DNA of 52,993 bases from UHGV virus genome UHGV-1368966. One strand, written 5' to 3'. Source of the stretch: a virus. The notes under the pieces are model-generated. The model saw only the letters and a list, made by a program, of their open reading frames with translations. It had not been told where the DNA came from and ran no database searches. Shown here one piece after another: positions 36,662-46,334 of this stretch (position 1 is the first letter of the stretch; the number at the start of each line of letters is the position of its first letter). The translations under genes and the position numbers were made by a program.

Positions 36662-38167
36662 TTAAATTGCTCCACCGATCATGGAGGCAAGGCTTTTTGC
36701 GCCGCCGGGAGTCCCATTTACCATGACGCCACGAGCCAGCTTTTCAGCTTCTGCCTCTGTGTCAAAGTCATCTGGCAAAGTCCCTACACGCTTCAAAAGC
36801 TCATGATACGATTCAAGAGACAACGCCCCGGCGCGGTACATCTCAAGCAAGTACCCGTCAGCCATCGCCCGGGAGAAGTCAGTGTTCACCTTGACACTGG
36901 GGCCATCATCTTCACCCCACCACATGGCGACAAACTTGAGGCAGTTCTCAAGGAAATCTTGAAACTCAAGAGCCCACCCTTGCAAGGTGCTGTTGTTCTC
37001 GCTGGCGTCGCGCTCAGACTCCGTAGCCGTGATGTTGCCCGTCTTCGGCTGGAGAAGTTGAAGACCGTACATCGCCATATCGCTTTTGAGCCCATCAAGC
37101 TCGCCCTGCGATGCTGCCACGCTTGACGCATCTACGCCCACGGACTTGAGTTCAGAACTTGGGTCATTGCTGGCTAAGAGCTTGCCAGCGCCCACTGTCG
37201 GGGCCTCTTCCTTCCCCGGCTCATCGCTTATCATGCCAAGCATCCGCCCGAACCACACTGGCCTCCGGACATACTCCATGAGCTCATAGTGACCGGACGT
37301 CGCCGCCCAATGCCGCTTGTTGAGTTCGGCAAGGTCAGACAGCGCAGGTTCAGCTGTTGCCGGGCCTTTCTGTTCACCGGGCATGAAGATAGCCAGAGGG
37401 ACGACTGAGAGCGTTGTAGTGCCCTCATCCCCTTCAAGAACCGTGTAGTCCTGCTGTCCTTCCCTTTTCGTATATACAACCCATTTTCCCGGAGTGAGCA
37501 CGCGGATGCGGTCAACGCGCTCGCGTCCAAACTCCGTACCGTCGCTTTCGTATGTCGTCTCAAGGTAGCGGAACATGGTTACGACAGGCTTGCCGCCTAT
37601 TGTCTCAATCCAGCAATCGATGACGGATGCAGCCGGGACATGCACGAGATACGGGCTCCACCCGTTCATGGCGTCGGCATCAGCGGTCTTCGTGAGCCAT
37701 TCTCCGGTGCCCTCATCAAAGTACTTCAACACACCGCCTTCCATGCGAGTGCGGACGCGGGAATAGTCAGCAAGGGCAAAGGCCACACCGTCACGCAATC
37801 CAGCCTCAAACGCGGCAGCCGACCATGCGGTGAGGTTGTGTCCTGCGTGGTCGACGTCTTCTGACCATGCCTTGAACGCATCAGACGCATCAGCCCCGAG
37901 AACAACAGGCTTTTGGAACACCTGTCCCTTGAGATAGTACAGCGTCCGCTTGAACGTGTTCAGAAGCACGGTACGGGAAAGGCGTGCCTGATATTGCTTT
38001 TGGCTTTCTCCATCACCTTGCTCGATATAGCGTGTTCCCGCAGCAATCATTGCCGGGGTTCCACCCATCAAGTCTTGTGAAAGCTGCATTGCCTTACGCT
38101 GGACAAGAAATTCAGGCGATACGGTATCGACTGACACTTCCTTTGCGGTGTTCTGAGTTATAGCCAT
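36662..38167 (-). CDS. Portal protein.
   Basis: 501 aa, between the TerL and Mu-F-like genes. Confidence 0.6.
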   Translation of the reverse strand: MAITQNTAKEVSVDTVSPEFLVQRKAMQLSQDLMGGTPAMIAAGTRYIEQGDGESQKQYQARLSRTVLLNTFKRTLYYLKGQVFQKPVVLGADASDAFKAWSEDVDHAGHNLTAWSAAAFEAGLRDGVAFALADYSRVRTRMEGGVLKYFDEGTGEWLTKTADADAMNGWSPYLVHVPAASVIDCWIETIGGKPVVTMFRYLETTYESDGTEFGRERVDRIRVLTPGKWVVYTKREGQQDYTVLEGDEGTTTLSVVPLAIFMPGEQKGPATAEPALSDLAELNKRHWAATSGHYELMEYVRRPVWFGRMLGMISDEPGKEEAPTVGAGKLLASNDPSSELKSVGVDASSVAASQGELDGLKSDMAMYGLQLLQPKTGNITATESERDASENNSTLQGWALEFQDFLENCLKFVAMWWGEDDGPSVKVNTDFSRAMADGYLLEMYRAGALSLESYHELLKRVGTLPDDFDTEAEAEKLARGVMVNGTPGGAKSLASMIGGAI

Positions 38168-38177
38168 ATGTCTAGCC

Positions 38178-39500
38178 TTATCTGAGGGTTGAGATCGTGG
38201 TGACGGTAGTGGTGTGCTTCACAACAGGGTAGTCTTTGACGATGAAATATCCGGCTGCGTCGTTTACGTGGTCATGCCCGGTCGTCTTGTCCGGTTCGCC
38301 ATTTTTCGCCCAAGGCTGTTGTTCAAGCGCTTCAGTGTATGACGGGCACCTATCGGGGTTGACCCTGTACCGCCTCTCGCCCAATGCATTGCAGAACATG
38401 GAGTTCATGGCGTTGATTCTGTCCTTCACCGGGGGATTTGAGCTATTCACGCAAACCACAAAACCCGCTTCCCGGAGTAAAGCAATATCCGTCTTGCTGG
38501 CATTCACTGAGCGTCTGGAATCGCCGGATGCATCAGGATAGATACGGATCTGGCAAGTTGGCAGATATCTCCCCACCTCATATCGCCAATAGCGTTCTTT
38601 GATTCTCTGTATCATGTCTGGTGTATCGTAGGCATTGATGATTTCATCAACGGCACACGGAAACCCTTCACGTTTGACGTGAATAACTGCCGCCATTTTT
38701 CCCACGTTGAAGTCCATCCCGATATAGAGCGGCTCACCTTCTCGGATAACCTCAGCGCAAGCATTGTACTGACGATTGAAGGCACAATAGACCGTTCCAG
38801 ACGTGAGATTAACGAACTCACCGTTGATGTAAGCGTCGATAAGCTGTGTGGGATATGATTGCAGCAAAGAAGGGATGTAATCATCAGGCAGGTTGATTTC
38901 ATTGTCGTATGTGCTGGCCTTAACGATTCCGTACATCTTTGAAAGCTCAGGCTTCTCTCTCACCTGCTTTACAAACTGATTGTAGACGAACTTGAAACCC
39001 TCTGGCGTAGTCGTTACGTCAATGCCGTTGCGCAAACCAACGACATTGTAGCGCATACGTGAGATTATTTTTCGCCATGCAAGGGACGCCTTATCAACAG
39101 GCATAACGTCTATTTCATCGACAAGCGCATGGCCAATTTTGAAACCTACGATTGTTTGGGGATTGTCCATCGAACGGCATTTTATGATCCCCCTAAATGT
39201 GGTTCCAGAATAGACAAAAACTTCGTGGTTACCTTCCTTGACCTGAGTCCTAAGTCCCCAATTGTAGAAGCACTCTTCAACCGTGGGATAAAAAATATCG
39301 CGGATTTGAGGATAGGTAGGGGCGAAATATCCGGCATCAATGCGTGGGAATCCCCAAAAGTGCTTAGCAAGGCCACAGCACCCCACATAAGTCTTTCCAC
39401 TGCCAAACCCACCTACAAAGCTCTTGAACTTTACATCAAGGAACAAAAATTCGGCCTGTCGTTCGTTCAACTCTGGGCGGATGACGAGCGTGCCATTCAT
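38178..39500 (-). CDS. Terminase large subunit.
   Basis: N-terminal Walker A GGFGSGKT, then a C-terminal nuclease-like region. 440 aa. Overlaps TerS. Confidence 0.8.
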   Translation of the reverse strand: MNGTLVIRPELNERQAEFLFLDVKFKSFVGGFGSGKTYVGCCGLAKHFWGFPRIDAGYFAPTYPQIRDIFYPTVEECFYNWGLRTQVKEGNHEVFVYSGTTFRGIIKCRSMDNPQTIVGFKIGHALVDEIDVMPVDKASLAWRKIISRMRYNVVGLRNGIDVTTTPEGFKFVYNQFVKQVREKPELSKMYGIVKASTYDNEINLPDDYIPSLLQSYPTQLIDAYINGEFVNLTSGTVYCAFNRQYNACAEVIREGEPLYIGMDFNVGKMAAVIHVKREGFPCAVDEIINAYDTPDMIQRIKERYWRYEVGRYLPTCQIRIYPDASGDSRRSVNASKTDIALLREAGFVVCVNSSNPPVKDRINAMNSMFCNALGERRYRVNPDRCPSYTEALEQQPWAKNGEPDKTTGHDHVNDAAGYFIVKDYPVVKHTTTVTTISTLR

Positions 39501-39958
39501 GTGCTACGCCTCCCGTTCACTACTTGAACTTGAATCGCTACGGGAATCTCGTCGGCAGGGTCATCTTTGCGTTCTCCAAAGGCGTTGACATGTTTCCCAA
39601 GAAGTTCAAGCGCACGGTTGGCTCCTGACGAATCAAAACGCCAAACGGATCGTCCCTCTTCATCAACAACCTGTTCCCCACGAGTATTATATACAGGGGC
39701 CTTTTGCATACAGCGTTCGGCAACCTCACGAAGAGATGTAACGACATAATCGACGGTGACGAGAGTCCTCTTTTGTCTCTCTTGCTGCCCCTTCTGTATG
39801 GCCTCCTGAACACTAGCTTTCGTTAACAGACGTGCGGCCTGTTCATTTGCCGTTCTCTGACTATACCCTGCACGAATAGCAGCCTGCGTCCCATTAAGGT
39901 CGACAAGATACTCTTGAGCAAATCTAGCTTGTTTAGGTGTCAGAGATAGTTCTTTCAT
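39497..39958 (-). CDS. Terminase small subunit.
   Basis: LTPKQARFAQEYLVDLNGTQAAIRAGYS is the Terminase_2 signature. Confidence 0.7.
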   Translation of the reverse strand: MKELSLTPKQARFAQEYLVDLNGTQAAIRAGYSQRTANEQAARLLTKASVQEAIQKGQQERQKRTLVTVDYVVTSLREVAERCMQKAPVYNTRGEQVVDEEGRSVWRFDSSGANRALELLGKHVNAFGERKDDPADEIPVAIQVQVVNGRRST

Positions 39959-40382
39959 TCTGTTCCCTCTGGAACCGCTTTTCGTCGCGCTTGTTCAGTT
40001 CTTCGACCCTCGTACTGAGGGAAGTATCCAGATCGAAATGTGTCTTTTCCCTTCTTCTGGTAGGACACTGATGTCCTATCTGGTAGTCCACGGGTGGCCT
40101 ATCCACTATTCCACATTTTTTTCCAAGGGGAACAAGGACTGCCGACCTACCTGTTTGCTGGGAAGACAAGATTCCCTCAGCCACTAGAGAAGCTATTGCC
40201 CTGCGTACTGTCCTTGTTGAGACACCACATTCCTGAGCGATGATCTCTTGCCTTACTCTGATCTTTCCGGTTTTCCTGTCGATATGTAGGGCAAGAGCCA
40301 TGCCCACAAGCTTTTCCGTTGGAAGAAGTTCTTGTTGAAGTATCCACCGTTGAAAGCTGTAAGTATCCATCCATTTTCCCAA
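39933..40382 (-). CDS. Winged-helix DNA-binding protein.
   Basis: ECGVSTRTVRRAIASLVAEGIL is a helix-turn-helix. TTG start. Lies between the lysis and packaging genes. Confidence 0.4.
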   Translation of the reverse strand: MGKWMDTYSFQRWILQQELLPTEKLVGMALALHIDRKTGKIRVRQEIIAQECGVSTRTVRRAIASLVAEGILSSQQTGRSAVLVPLGKKCGIVDRPPVDYQIGHQCPTRRREKTHFDLDTSLSTRVEELNKRDEKRFQREQNERTISDT

Positions 40383-40465
40383 CTCCGCTATCGGCCCCGC
40401 ATAAAAACCTTGGGCAGGGGCGCGGAATACCCTTTTCGGCTGGCCTGCCTAGCCCAAGGAAATTT

Positions 40466-40690
40466 TTAATTCCAAAATACTTTGCTGATAACCGCACCAA
40501 GGGCGGAACACATAAGACCGAGAATTGCGTATGCACCCGTCCTTTGATCCCTTTCAGCTTCAAGCGATGCTACGCGGGCGGGAATATTCAGTTCATGTTC
40601 AGATGCAAGGAGCGTTTCGATACGCACAAGACGCTCCCTGATTTCCTTGTCGGTACACTCGGGACAAGTTGTTCCGGCGACCATGCTCAC
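40466..40690 (-). CDS. Small lysis-associated protein with a C-terminal TM helix.
   Basis: 74 aa. Coiled-coil plus AILGLMCSALGAVISKVFW. Adjacent to the spanin-like genes. Confidence 0.35.
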   Translation of the reverse strand: MSMVAGTTCPECTDKEIRERLVRIETLLASEHELNIPARVASLEAERDQRTGAYAILGLMCSALGAVISKVFWN

Positions 40691-40974
40691 CTTCCTGATT
40701 GCTCAACATCATAAATCCATTCTGCCAATGTTGCCGCGTCTCTATCGTCCATCCACACGCCATCAATTCCGTCAAGATTCACTTTTCGGATGCTCGCCAG
40801 TATGGGCGTAGACGGTATCTGTGTTCTTTCCGCCCAATTTGCTGACGAGCACCCCAGAAGCATCAAGAGCAACAGACCGCCGAAAATCGTCAGCAGCGGC
40901 TTTATCCACCGTATCAAGAAGGCGTAAAGCAAGTTGCAGGAAGGATAGAATGATGGCGGTAATGTTCGACACAT
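40687..40974 (-). CDS. Lipobox-containing protein (o-spanin-like).
   Basis: LLLMLLGC|SS lipobox followed by a periplasmic-type tail. Overlaps an alternative-frame TM ORF. Confidence 0.4.
   Translation of the reverse strand: MCRTLPPSFYPSCNLLYAFLIRWIKPLLTIFGGLLLLMLLGCSSANWAERTQIPSTPILASIRKVNLDGIDGVWMDDRDAATLAEWIYDVEQSGR
40772..40972 (-). CDS. Alternative-frame ORF with an N-terminal TM helix (i-spanin-like).
   Basis: GTG start. SNITAIILSFLQLALRLL then a soluble tail. Embedded in 40687..40974. Confidence 0.25.
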   Translation of the reverse strand: MSNITAIILSFLQLALRLLDTVDKAAADDFRRSVALDASGVLVSKLGGKNTDTVYAHTGEHPKSES

Positions 40975-40978
40975 GCCC

Positions 40979-41269
40979 TCACTTCCCGGTCACGGCCTTG
41001 ACTTCAGACTGAACAGCGGGAGACTTGCCGTCAGCCACGGCCCCCTTGTTCTGTCCAAAATGCGCTGCAAAGGCATGAACCCAACGATATACGGCGGCAT
41101 AGGCCCCGGTTGTTTCCTTGGGTACTGGCATCCAGACGGTGACTACGGCGCACAGGCCGCATACGGTCATGACCACACTCAGGGCGGTGACGATCCACGC
41201 CGCGTCGGGATACTGTGCAGAAAGTTGCGCCAAGGTAGCCAGAATGAAGTCAATCACGGTTGCTTCCAT
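40979..41269 (-). CDS. Holin.
   Basis: 96 aa with two hydrophobic helices and a charged C-terminus. ATGA-coupled to the endolysin gene. Confidence 0.5.
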   Translation of the reverse strand: MEATVIDFILATLAQLSAQYPDAAWIVTALSVVMTVCGLCAVVTVWMPVPKETTGAYAAVYRWVHAFAAHFGQNKGAVADGKSPAVQSEVKAVTGK

Positions 41270-41652
41270 CAGTACTTGCCTCCTTTCTGGTAGAACGCCA
41301 CGTCACGCGGCTTATCGGGATCGTTGTCCACATGAATCCATGTCGGAGCCAGCTCGATGCGCCGGAATCCGGCTTCAAGCAGGGCTTGCAGCATGACGAA
41401 ACGGGAATGGGAATCCACGCAGCGGATATCCACGGCGTAGCCCCGGGTGTGGGCAGAATCTGCTACACCGCCCACGGTCTTGTTGTGCTTGGCGCAGCGG
41501 TATGCCGACGTCAGGGAAAAAGGAATGCCCGCAATGTCCCGCGCCTCGTCGAGCATCTTGAGCAAATCGGCGTCCATCTTTTCGACGCCAGCCCCGCACC
41601 CACATTTGCAACGGAACTCGGCAGGGGTGAAGTGACGTAAAACTGTAGCCAT
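41269..41652 (-). CDS. Endolysin, peptidase M15 (zinc D-Ala-D-Ala carboxypeptidase-like).
   Basis: SAYRCAKHNKTVGGVADSAHTRGYAVD is the M15 metal-binding motif. Confidence 0.7.
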   Translation of the reverse strand: MATVLRHFTPAEFRCKCGCGAGVEKMDADLLKMLDEARDIAGIPFSLTSAYRCAKHNKTVGGVADSAHTRGYAVDIRCVDSHSRFVMLQALLEAGFRRIELAPTWIHVDNDPDKPRDVAFYQKGGKY

Positions 41653-41796
41653 AAAAACCTCGCATTTTCAGCGAGTATATACTAACATAACGTATTTGTT
41701 TTTGCTTTGTTCTGTGTTTCTGGAATATTTTTGAAGTAGTGACGTAAAAAAGGGAGTTTCATGCTCCCCTTTTCATACGATGCAAATACGCACTAC

Positions 41797-42036
41797 TTAC
41801 CCGCAGAACGAAGTATTCACGATATCGAAGATTGAAATCGGCTTGGTGGCCTTGTCCGGGATGACGATTCGAGGACGGGTTTCTCCGCACACGGTGCATT
41901 TGCAGTAGCGGATGAGCAATCCGTGAGAACGGGCTGTATGCATGACCAACATCTTTCCATCGCAATCCGGGCAAGACTCGCATTTAAGTGGCCTTCCCGG
42001 ATTTTGGTATGTACGCCTACCCATTCTTTTCTTCAT
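41797..42036 (-). CDS. Ogr/Delta-like zinc-finger late activator.
   Basis: CESCPDCDGKM...RYCKCTVCGE matches the CPxC...RY.qC..C Ogr pattern. Confidence 0.5.
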   Translation of the reverse strand: MKKRMGRRTYQNPGRPLKCESCPDCDGKMLVMHTARSHGLLIRYCKCTVCGETRPRIVIPDKATKPISIFDIVNTSFCG

Positions 42037-42385
42037 TCAAGGCCCCCGATTTCATTTCAAGTAAGAACGCGATATTGCAGGCCATATGCTCCAAGTGTGG
42101 AAGTCCGCTTTCCTCATCAATGCCATCGGGGTTTCTCAGCCAAGCACAGGTATGCCGCATGAGAGCATCACGGTAGCGTTCTGGTTCGACTTTTCTCCAG
42201 TTATCTGGGTCACCATATTTTTCCGTCCCGTACGTCCTGACGCGCCCAACGGCTTCGATAATTGCGGGGGGAACGAGTGAAAGGCGGGGTTTCCCGGCGT
42301 CTGCCTTGGCTTCCTGCGCAGCACAGCGCATTTCCCTGCTTCTTTGGAGCTCTACGGTAATATCTAACCCAAAAGGATCTTTCAT
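42017..42385 (-). CDS. Hypothetical protein, possibly dNTP pyrophosphohydrolase-domain-like.
   Basis: 122 aa. LVPPAIIEAVGRVRTYGTEKYG...HLEHMACNIAFLLEM. Confidence 0.3.
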   Translation of the reverse strand: MKDPFGLDITVELQRSREMRCAAQEAKADAGKPRLSLVPPAIIEAVGRVRTYGTEKYGDPDNWRKVEPERYRDALMRHTCAWLRNPDGIDEESGLPHLEHMACNIAFLLEMKSGALNEEKNG

Positions 42386-42479
42386 TTTTCACCACCCAGC
42401 CCTTTCGAGTACCCCAACCACAGCCATCAAAATCATCACAACGGCAACCCAGAACACCGCGATACCAAAGCCTTTAGGA

Positions 42480-42677
42480 TTACGGCTTGCCATGCTGTAC
42501 CTCTAGCTGCCTTTTGTGGGCGTCAAGCTCGTCGGTATAGGCACAGACGCCGTACCCGTGATGAGTTGCCCTGTCGCAGTCGTGGACGGGGTAGGCGTAG
42601 CGGATCATGAGGAGGCGGCTAACTCCGGTGTAGGCTGTGATGGCCTTCCAGCCGAGCAGCAATTTCCGTTCATTCAT
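42480..42677 (-). CDS. Small HTH protein.
   Basis: MNERKLLLGWKAITAYTGVSRLLMIRYAY has an AlpA-like HTH flavour. Confidence 0.3.
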   Translation of the reverse strand: MNERKLLLGWKAITAYTGVSRLLMIRYAYPVHDCDRATHHGYGVCAYTDELDAHKRQLEVQHGKP

Positions 42678-43105
42678 TGCGCTTCCTCCTGTGTGTACAC
42701 GGCTACCTCCCAATGCGGGACGGCGGCGTAGCGTTTTGAACAGCGTAGGGCCACCACCTGCTTATCATCCCCCCAGAACCCCGCGCGCGTCATGGCGTCT
42801 TTGAGCTGCTTCACCATGTTGTCGAGGTCCGGCTTCTTCGTATGGGCGATTTCGCCGCGTAACATGGCCTCTCGTTGTTTTTTCGGGGTCGACGCAGGTA
42901 TCGGCATCCCCGCGATAAATTCGAGCGCGAGAGGGCCTTCCAGCGGCTTTTTTGGGGTGCACGCAGAAAGGAGATCGTCAAGCACGGCTTCCGCGCTCTT
43001 CTGCCCGGCGGACTTGTAGGCGACGCTGTGCCCGCAACGGACGGCGTGCCGGACTCGGGCCTGTGCCGTAGGCGTGCAGGACAAGGTGAAGCGTAAGACC
43101 GTCAT
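42674..43105 (-). CDS. rusA: RusA-family Holliday junction resolvase.
   Basis: HTKKPDLDNMVKQLKDAMTRAGFWGDDKQVVAL is the RusA catalytic region. Confidence 0.65.
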   Translation of the reverse strand: MTVLRFTLSCTPTAQARVRHAVRCGHSVAYKSAGQKSAEAVLDDLLSACTPKKPLEGPLALEFIAGMPIPASTPKKQREAMLRGEIAHTKKPDLDNMVKQLKDAMTRAGFWGDDKQVVALRCSKRYAAVPHWEVAVYTQEEAQ

Positions 43106-43521
43106 GACGCCGCCTCCCTGTTGTCCGAGGTTCTCGGCTGTTTTAAAATGCGCCACACCTGCCGTTCGTAAAGCCCGTGCAGCGTGGCGAGCCTGGCGAC
43201 AAGAGCTCTTTCACTCAGCCCCTTGCGAGCCAACTCGTCGCGCTCGGTGTTGATGTCCATGTCCCGTGCGCGGATCTTCGCCCGGCGCAAAGTGGGGATA
43301 TAGATTCTCGTACCGCCATAGGTGTGCAGAAAGTCGGAAAGGGCATCCTGCCCCAAGAAGGTGCACAATTCCCGAGCTAGCCGCGTCTTCCGGCTTTTGG
43401 CGGGAATAATAAGAGTTATACCCGCGAAGCGTTCAATCATGTGCCGGACAAAGGGCTTTCCGAAACGGTCGGACATGTCTTGCAGTGTTTCCGGCAACGA
43501 TTCTTCCCTGTACGTGCTCAT
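43102..43521 (-). CDS. Mor-family transcriptional activator.
   Basis: YGGTRIYIPTLRRAKIRARD...LHGLYERQVWRIL matches the Mor fGG..iYIP and C-terminal HTH pattern. Confidence 0.55.
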   Translation of the reverse strand: MSTYREESLPETLQDMSDRFGKPFVRHMIERFAGITLIIPAKSRKTRLARELCTFLGQDALSDFLHTYGGTRIYIPTLRRAKIRARDMDINTERDELARKGLSERALVARLATLHGLYERQVWRILKQPRTSDNREAAS

Positions 43522-43591
43522 CACACACTCCTTTTCGTCCCCCCCCCTGCACACGCGCCGGGGCCGAAGATTTCACAGTACCGTGGGCACA

Positions 43592-45001
43592 TCACAAATC
43601 GTTTTCCTGTACCGCAGGACGTCCGGCCCATGCTTCACCCTCGGTAAACTCAGAAAAAGCTTTTTCAAAACGCAAGAACGATGCACCTGTTCCCGTACTG
43701 CGGGATTTCCCGACGATGCATTTCACGTCTGGTCTGGCATTCGCCCTGTCCAGATCGCGGGTGTGCAGCAAAAGGATGATGTCGGCGTCCTGCTCAATCG
43801 CTCCAGATTCTCGGAGATCGGAAACCCGGGGCTCTCGCTTGCCTTCTTCGCTTGAGCGGTTAAGCTGGGAAAGCAGAAGTACAGGAACTTGCAGATCAAG
43901 GGCCATTTGCTTAAAGGCGCGTGACATCTCCGCAACTTCTCGTTCTCTGCTGGTGCTTTTCTCGTCAGGATGCAAAAGCTGGAGATAGTCCACTACGATG
44001 AGCCCTAAATCCTTGATGCCCCGCGCCAGCCTGCGGACTTCGCGGGGGCACATGGGCACAGTTGACTTTTCCACGATAGACAAGGGAAGAGCTTCAAGCT
44101 GCCCTATGGCGGCGTCAATGGCTCCACGGATCTGCGGCGTGACGCCCATCCCTTCACGGAAAAACCGTCCGTCGATACGCCCTACGCGGGAGATGAGACG
44201 ATGCCCAAGGCTTTCGTCGCTCATCTCGCATGAGACAAAGAGCACACCCATTCCGCGCCATGCGGCACTCAACGCCACATTTGCGGCTAAGGCCGTCTTT
44301 CCAAGTCCGGGACGAGCGGCAAGGACGATCAATTCCCCCGGCATGAATCCCCCACGCAAAACGCTGTTCAAGCTTTTCCACGGAGTCTGAATTTTGCGCA
44401 GCGATTGCGGATTATCGAGCTTTGCCCGAATGCGGCCCATGAGGTTCGACATAGTTACGGCTTCCTGAATCCCTCCCGAAGCTTCAACAAGCTTTCGGGC
44501 ACGGTCAGCGATGTATTCGGAGTCCACGCCGTAAACCGATGCTTCCGCAGCAATTTCGAGCAATCCGGCATGGAGTTCCGCCCGGCGATGTTCATCGGCA
44601 AGCTTTCGGGCCAAACTCTCGGCATGGCCTTTCAGCCCCCACGCGGACGTAGAAAGTTCAGCCATGCGCGCCATATCCGGGGCGGGCCAAAGTTCAGGAT
44701 CTTTCGCCCAACGCGATTGCATCTGCGTTGCCAACGCTGTGAGATTGGGACGTTGACCGGACTGACGGAGCAAATCGAGAGCCACGGCAAGCGGCGCAGC
44801 TTCCGGCGTCACAAAACAACCTGCGGGGCAGATATCGAGTACATCCCCAAGCAAATGGGCATCCCGGTTCATGCCCGAGAGAGTCGCGGCAATGACGCTG
44901 GACTCAAGCTGTGCACGGGCTTCCGAGGCCATGACGGGCTTTGGCGCTGGAGCATTCTGCCTGCGGGCCATGATGCCGCGTTCAAGCGTCTGAACTGCCA
45001 T
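43592..45001 (-). CDS. dnaB: Replicative DNA helicase (DnaB-like).
   Basis: GGGAGGTGG precedes ATG 45001. Walker A ARPGLGKTALAANVAL, with a RecA-like core and a DnaB N-terminal domain. Confidence 0.8.
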   Translation of the reverse strand: MAVQTLERGIMARRQNAPAPKPVMASEARAQLESSVIAATLSGMNRDAHLLGDVLDICPAGCFVTPEAAPLAVALDLLRQSGQRPNLTALATQMQSRWAKDPELWPAPDMARMAELSTSAWGLKGHAESLARKLADEHRRAELHAGLLEIAAEASVYGVDSEYIADRARKLVEASGGIQEAVTMSNLMGRIRAKLDNPQSLRKIQTPWKSLNSVLRGGFMPGELIVLAARPGLGKTALAANVALSAAWRGMGVLFVSCEMSDESLGHRLISRVGRIDGRFFREGMGVTPQIRGAIDAAIGQLEALPLSIVEKSTVPMCPREVRRLARGIKDLGLIVVDYLQLLHPDEKSTSREREVAEMSRAFKQMALDLQVPVLLLSQLNRSSEEGKREPRVSDLRESGAIEQDADIILLLHTRDLDRANARPDVKCIVGKSRSTGTGASFLRFEKAFSEFTEGEAWAGRPAVQENDL

Positions 45002-45002
45002 T

Positions 45003-45890
45003 TCAAGCCACCTCCCGATTGTCGTACTTGCCTTCAATCACGCCCATAAACCCGCTTGGGGACATGAGCTTGTCGAAATCCACCCGGTACACTGTCCCAT
45101 CTCGAAAAGCCTTTTTGCCAGTGAGAAAATCAGACCGGGAAGCCCTTGCAAACAGCCGCCGAAAGTAATCCAGCCTTTCGGCGGCGGAGGTGTCCCTGTT
45201 CAGCATTCGCAGCCTCTCTCCGGCCTCTGTCCATCTTGCCTTCATTGCCCCCTTGCGCTTTGCGTTCACGATTGCAACTCGGGGATGCTCCGGGAAAGCC
45301 TCGTGATACAGGCCGACAATGGCGTCATAGGGGCAGGCTGGCGAGGCATGGGCCTGCCGCTTTTCGCCGGGCTGGGAGGCGTCGGCGTCGTCGGCGTCGA
45401 CAACTACCCCGTCAGGGGTAGTATCTTCTCTCGGAGAGAGAGAAGAGGGAGTCAGAGAAGAGGGAGTCAGGGGGATTTGACCTGAAATTACGGGAGCACT
45501 TCGATCCTTTTCGGGAGCAACACCGTAATTGTCGTGTTTTGGTGATGATTCATACGCTGCAAAGTCGTCAGGATGTGCGGGAAGTTCGCTACATTTCTCG
45601 TTTTTGTGGGGACTTTGGTGTCTCTTGAACTGAGGAATCCAGATAAGGTTCTGCCCATTCACCTCGTAAAAACGAATCAGTCCCGAAGATTCCAGTTCTC
45701 CCAGAAGAGAGGCGACGTCTACATTGTCAAAAGGAAAAATTTCGCCTTTGATTTTCTTGGGGCGATTTTCTAGACGGCCTTCCCTATCCGCCATCATCCA
45801 GAGGCCGGGGAAAAGAAGACGTGCAGCCATAGAACAATCGGCAAGCTGATCATTCTTGAAGAAACCGGGCTTTATATCACGCGCTCTCAT
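45003..45890 (-). CDS. Replication initiation / helicase-loading protein (replisome organiser-like).
   Basis: N-terminal MRARDIKPGFFKND, a Pro/Ser-rich linker, and a conserved phage C-terminal replication domain. Lies directly before dnaB. Confidence 0.5.
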   Translation of the reverse strand: MRARDIKPGFFKNDQLADCSMAARLLFPGLWMMADREGRLENRPKKIKGEIFPFDNVDVASLLGELESSGLIRFYEVNGQNLIWIPQFKRHQSPHKNEKCSELPAHPDDFAAYESSPKHDNYGVAPEKDRSAPVISGQIPLTPSSLTPSSLSPREDTTPDGVVVDADDADASQPGEKRQAHASPACPYDAIVGLYHEAFPEHPRVAIVNAKRKGAMKARWTEAGERLRMLNRDTSAAERLDYFRRLFARASRSDFLTGKKAFRDGTVYRVDFDKLMSPSGFMGVIEGKYDNREVA

Positions 45891-46071
45891 GGCTTGCCCC
45901 CTCCAACTCGACAATTTTGTTATGCTCTATCTTAATTCTAGAGTTGATGTCATCGATATTGGAGATGCTGGCATTTCTCTCAATGAGGTACGTTCTTACA
46001 CGGCACAATCTGTCTATCTCTCTCAAAGAGTCCATAATCTCATCATTGACTTTCTGCGAAGATTCCATCAT
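45877..46071 (-). CDS. Small AT-rich hypothetical protein.
   Basis: 64 aa, coiled-coil, tiled. Confidence 0.3.
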   Translation of the reverse strand: MMESSQKVNDEIMDSLREIDRLCRVRTYLIERNASISNIDDINSRIKIEHNKIVELEGASHESA

Positions 46072-46334
46072 AATTCATCCATTGAGTTGGTTTTATGTTT
46101 AGCCCGGTGTTCCCGCATCGGGCCTTTTCTTTTGCCTATGCCTTAGAAGCATCAAGCTTCACTTCAACCCTGTTCCGGCACTTTTGGCATCGCTTCTTGT
46201 TGAGCCACCACCAGTTAGCTTTTGGGCATGGCCTTAAGTGCGGAAATGCGCTGATAGCCTCCAGCAATGCCTCTTTCGTCTCGTACCCTGCGGCTTGCGG
46301 CGTAGGGAGGCGGTGACGGCAATGGAGCGACATA

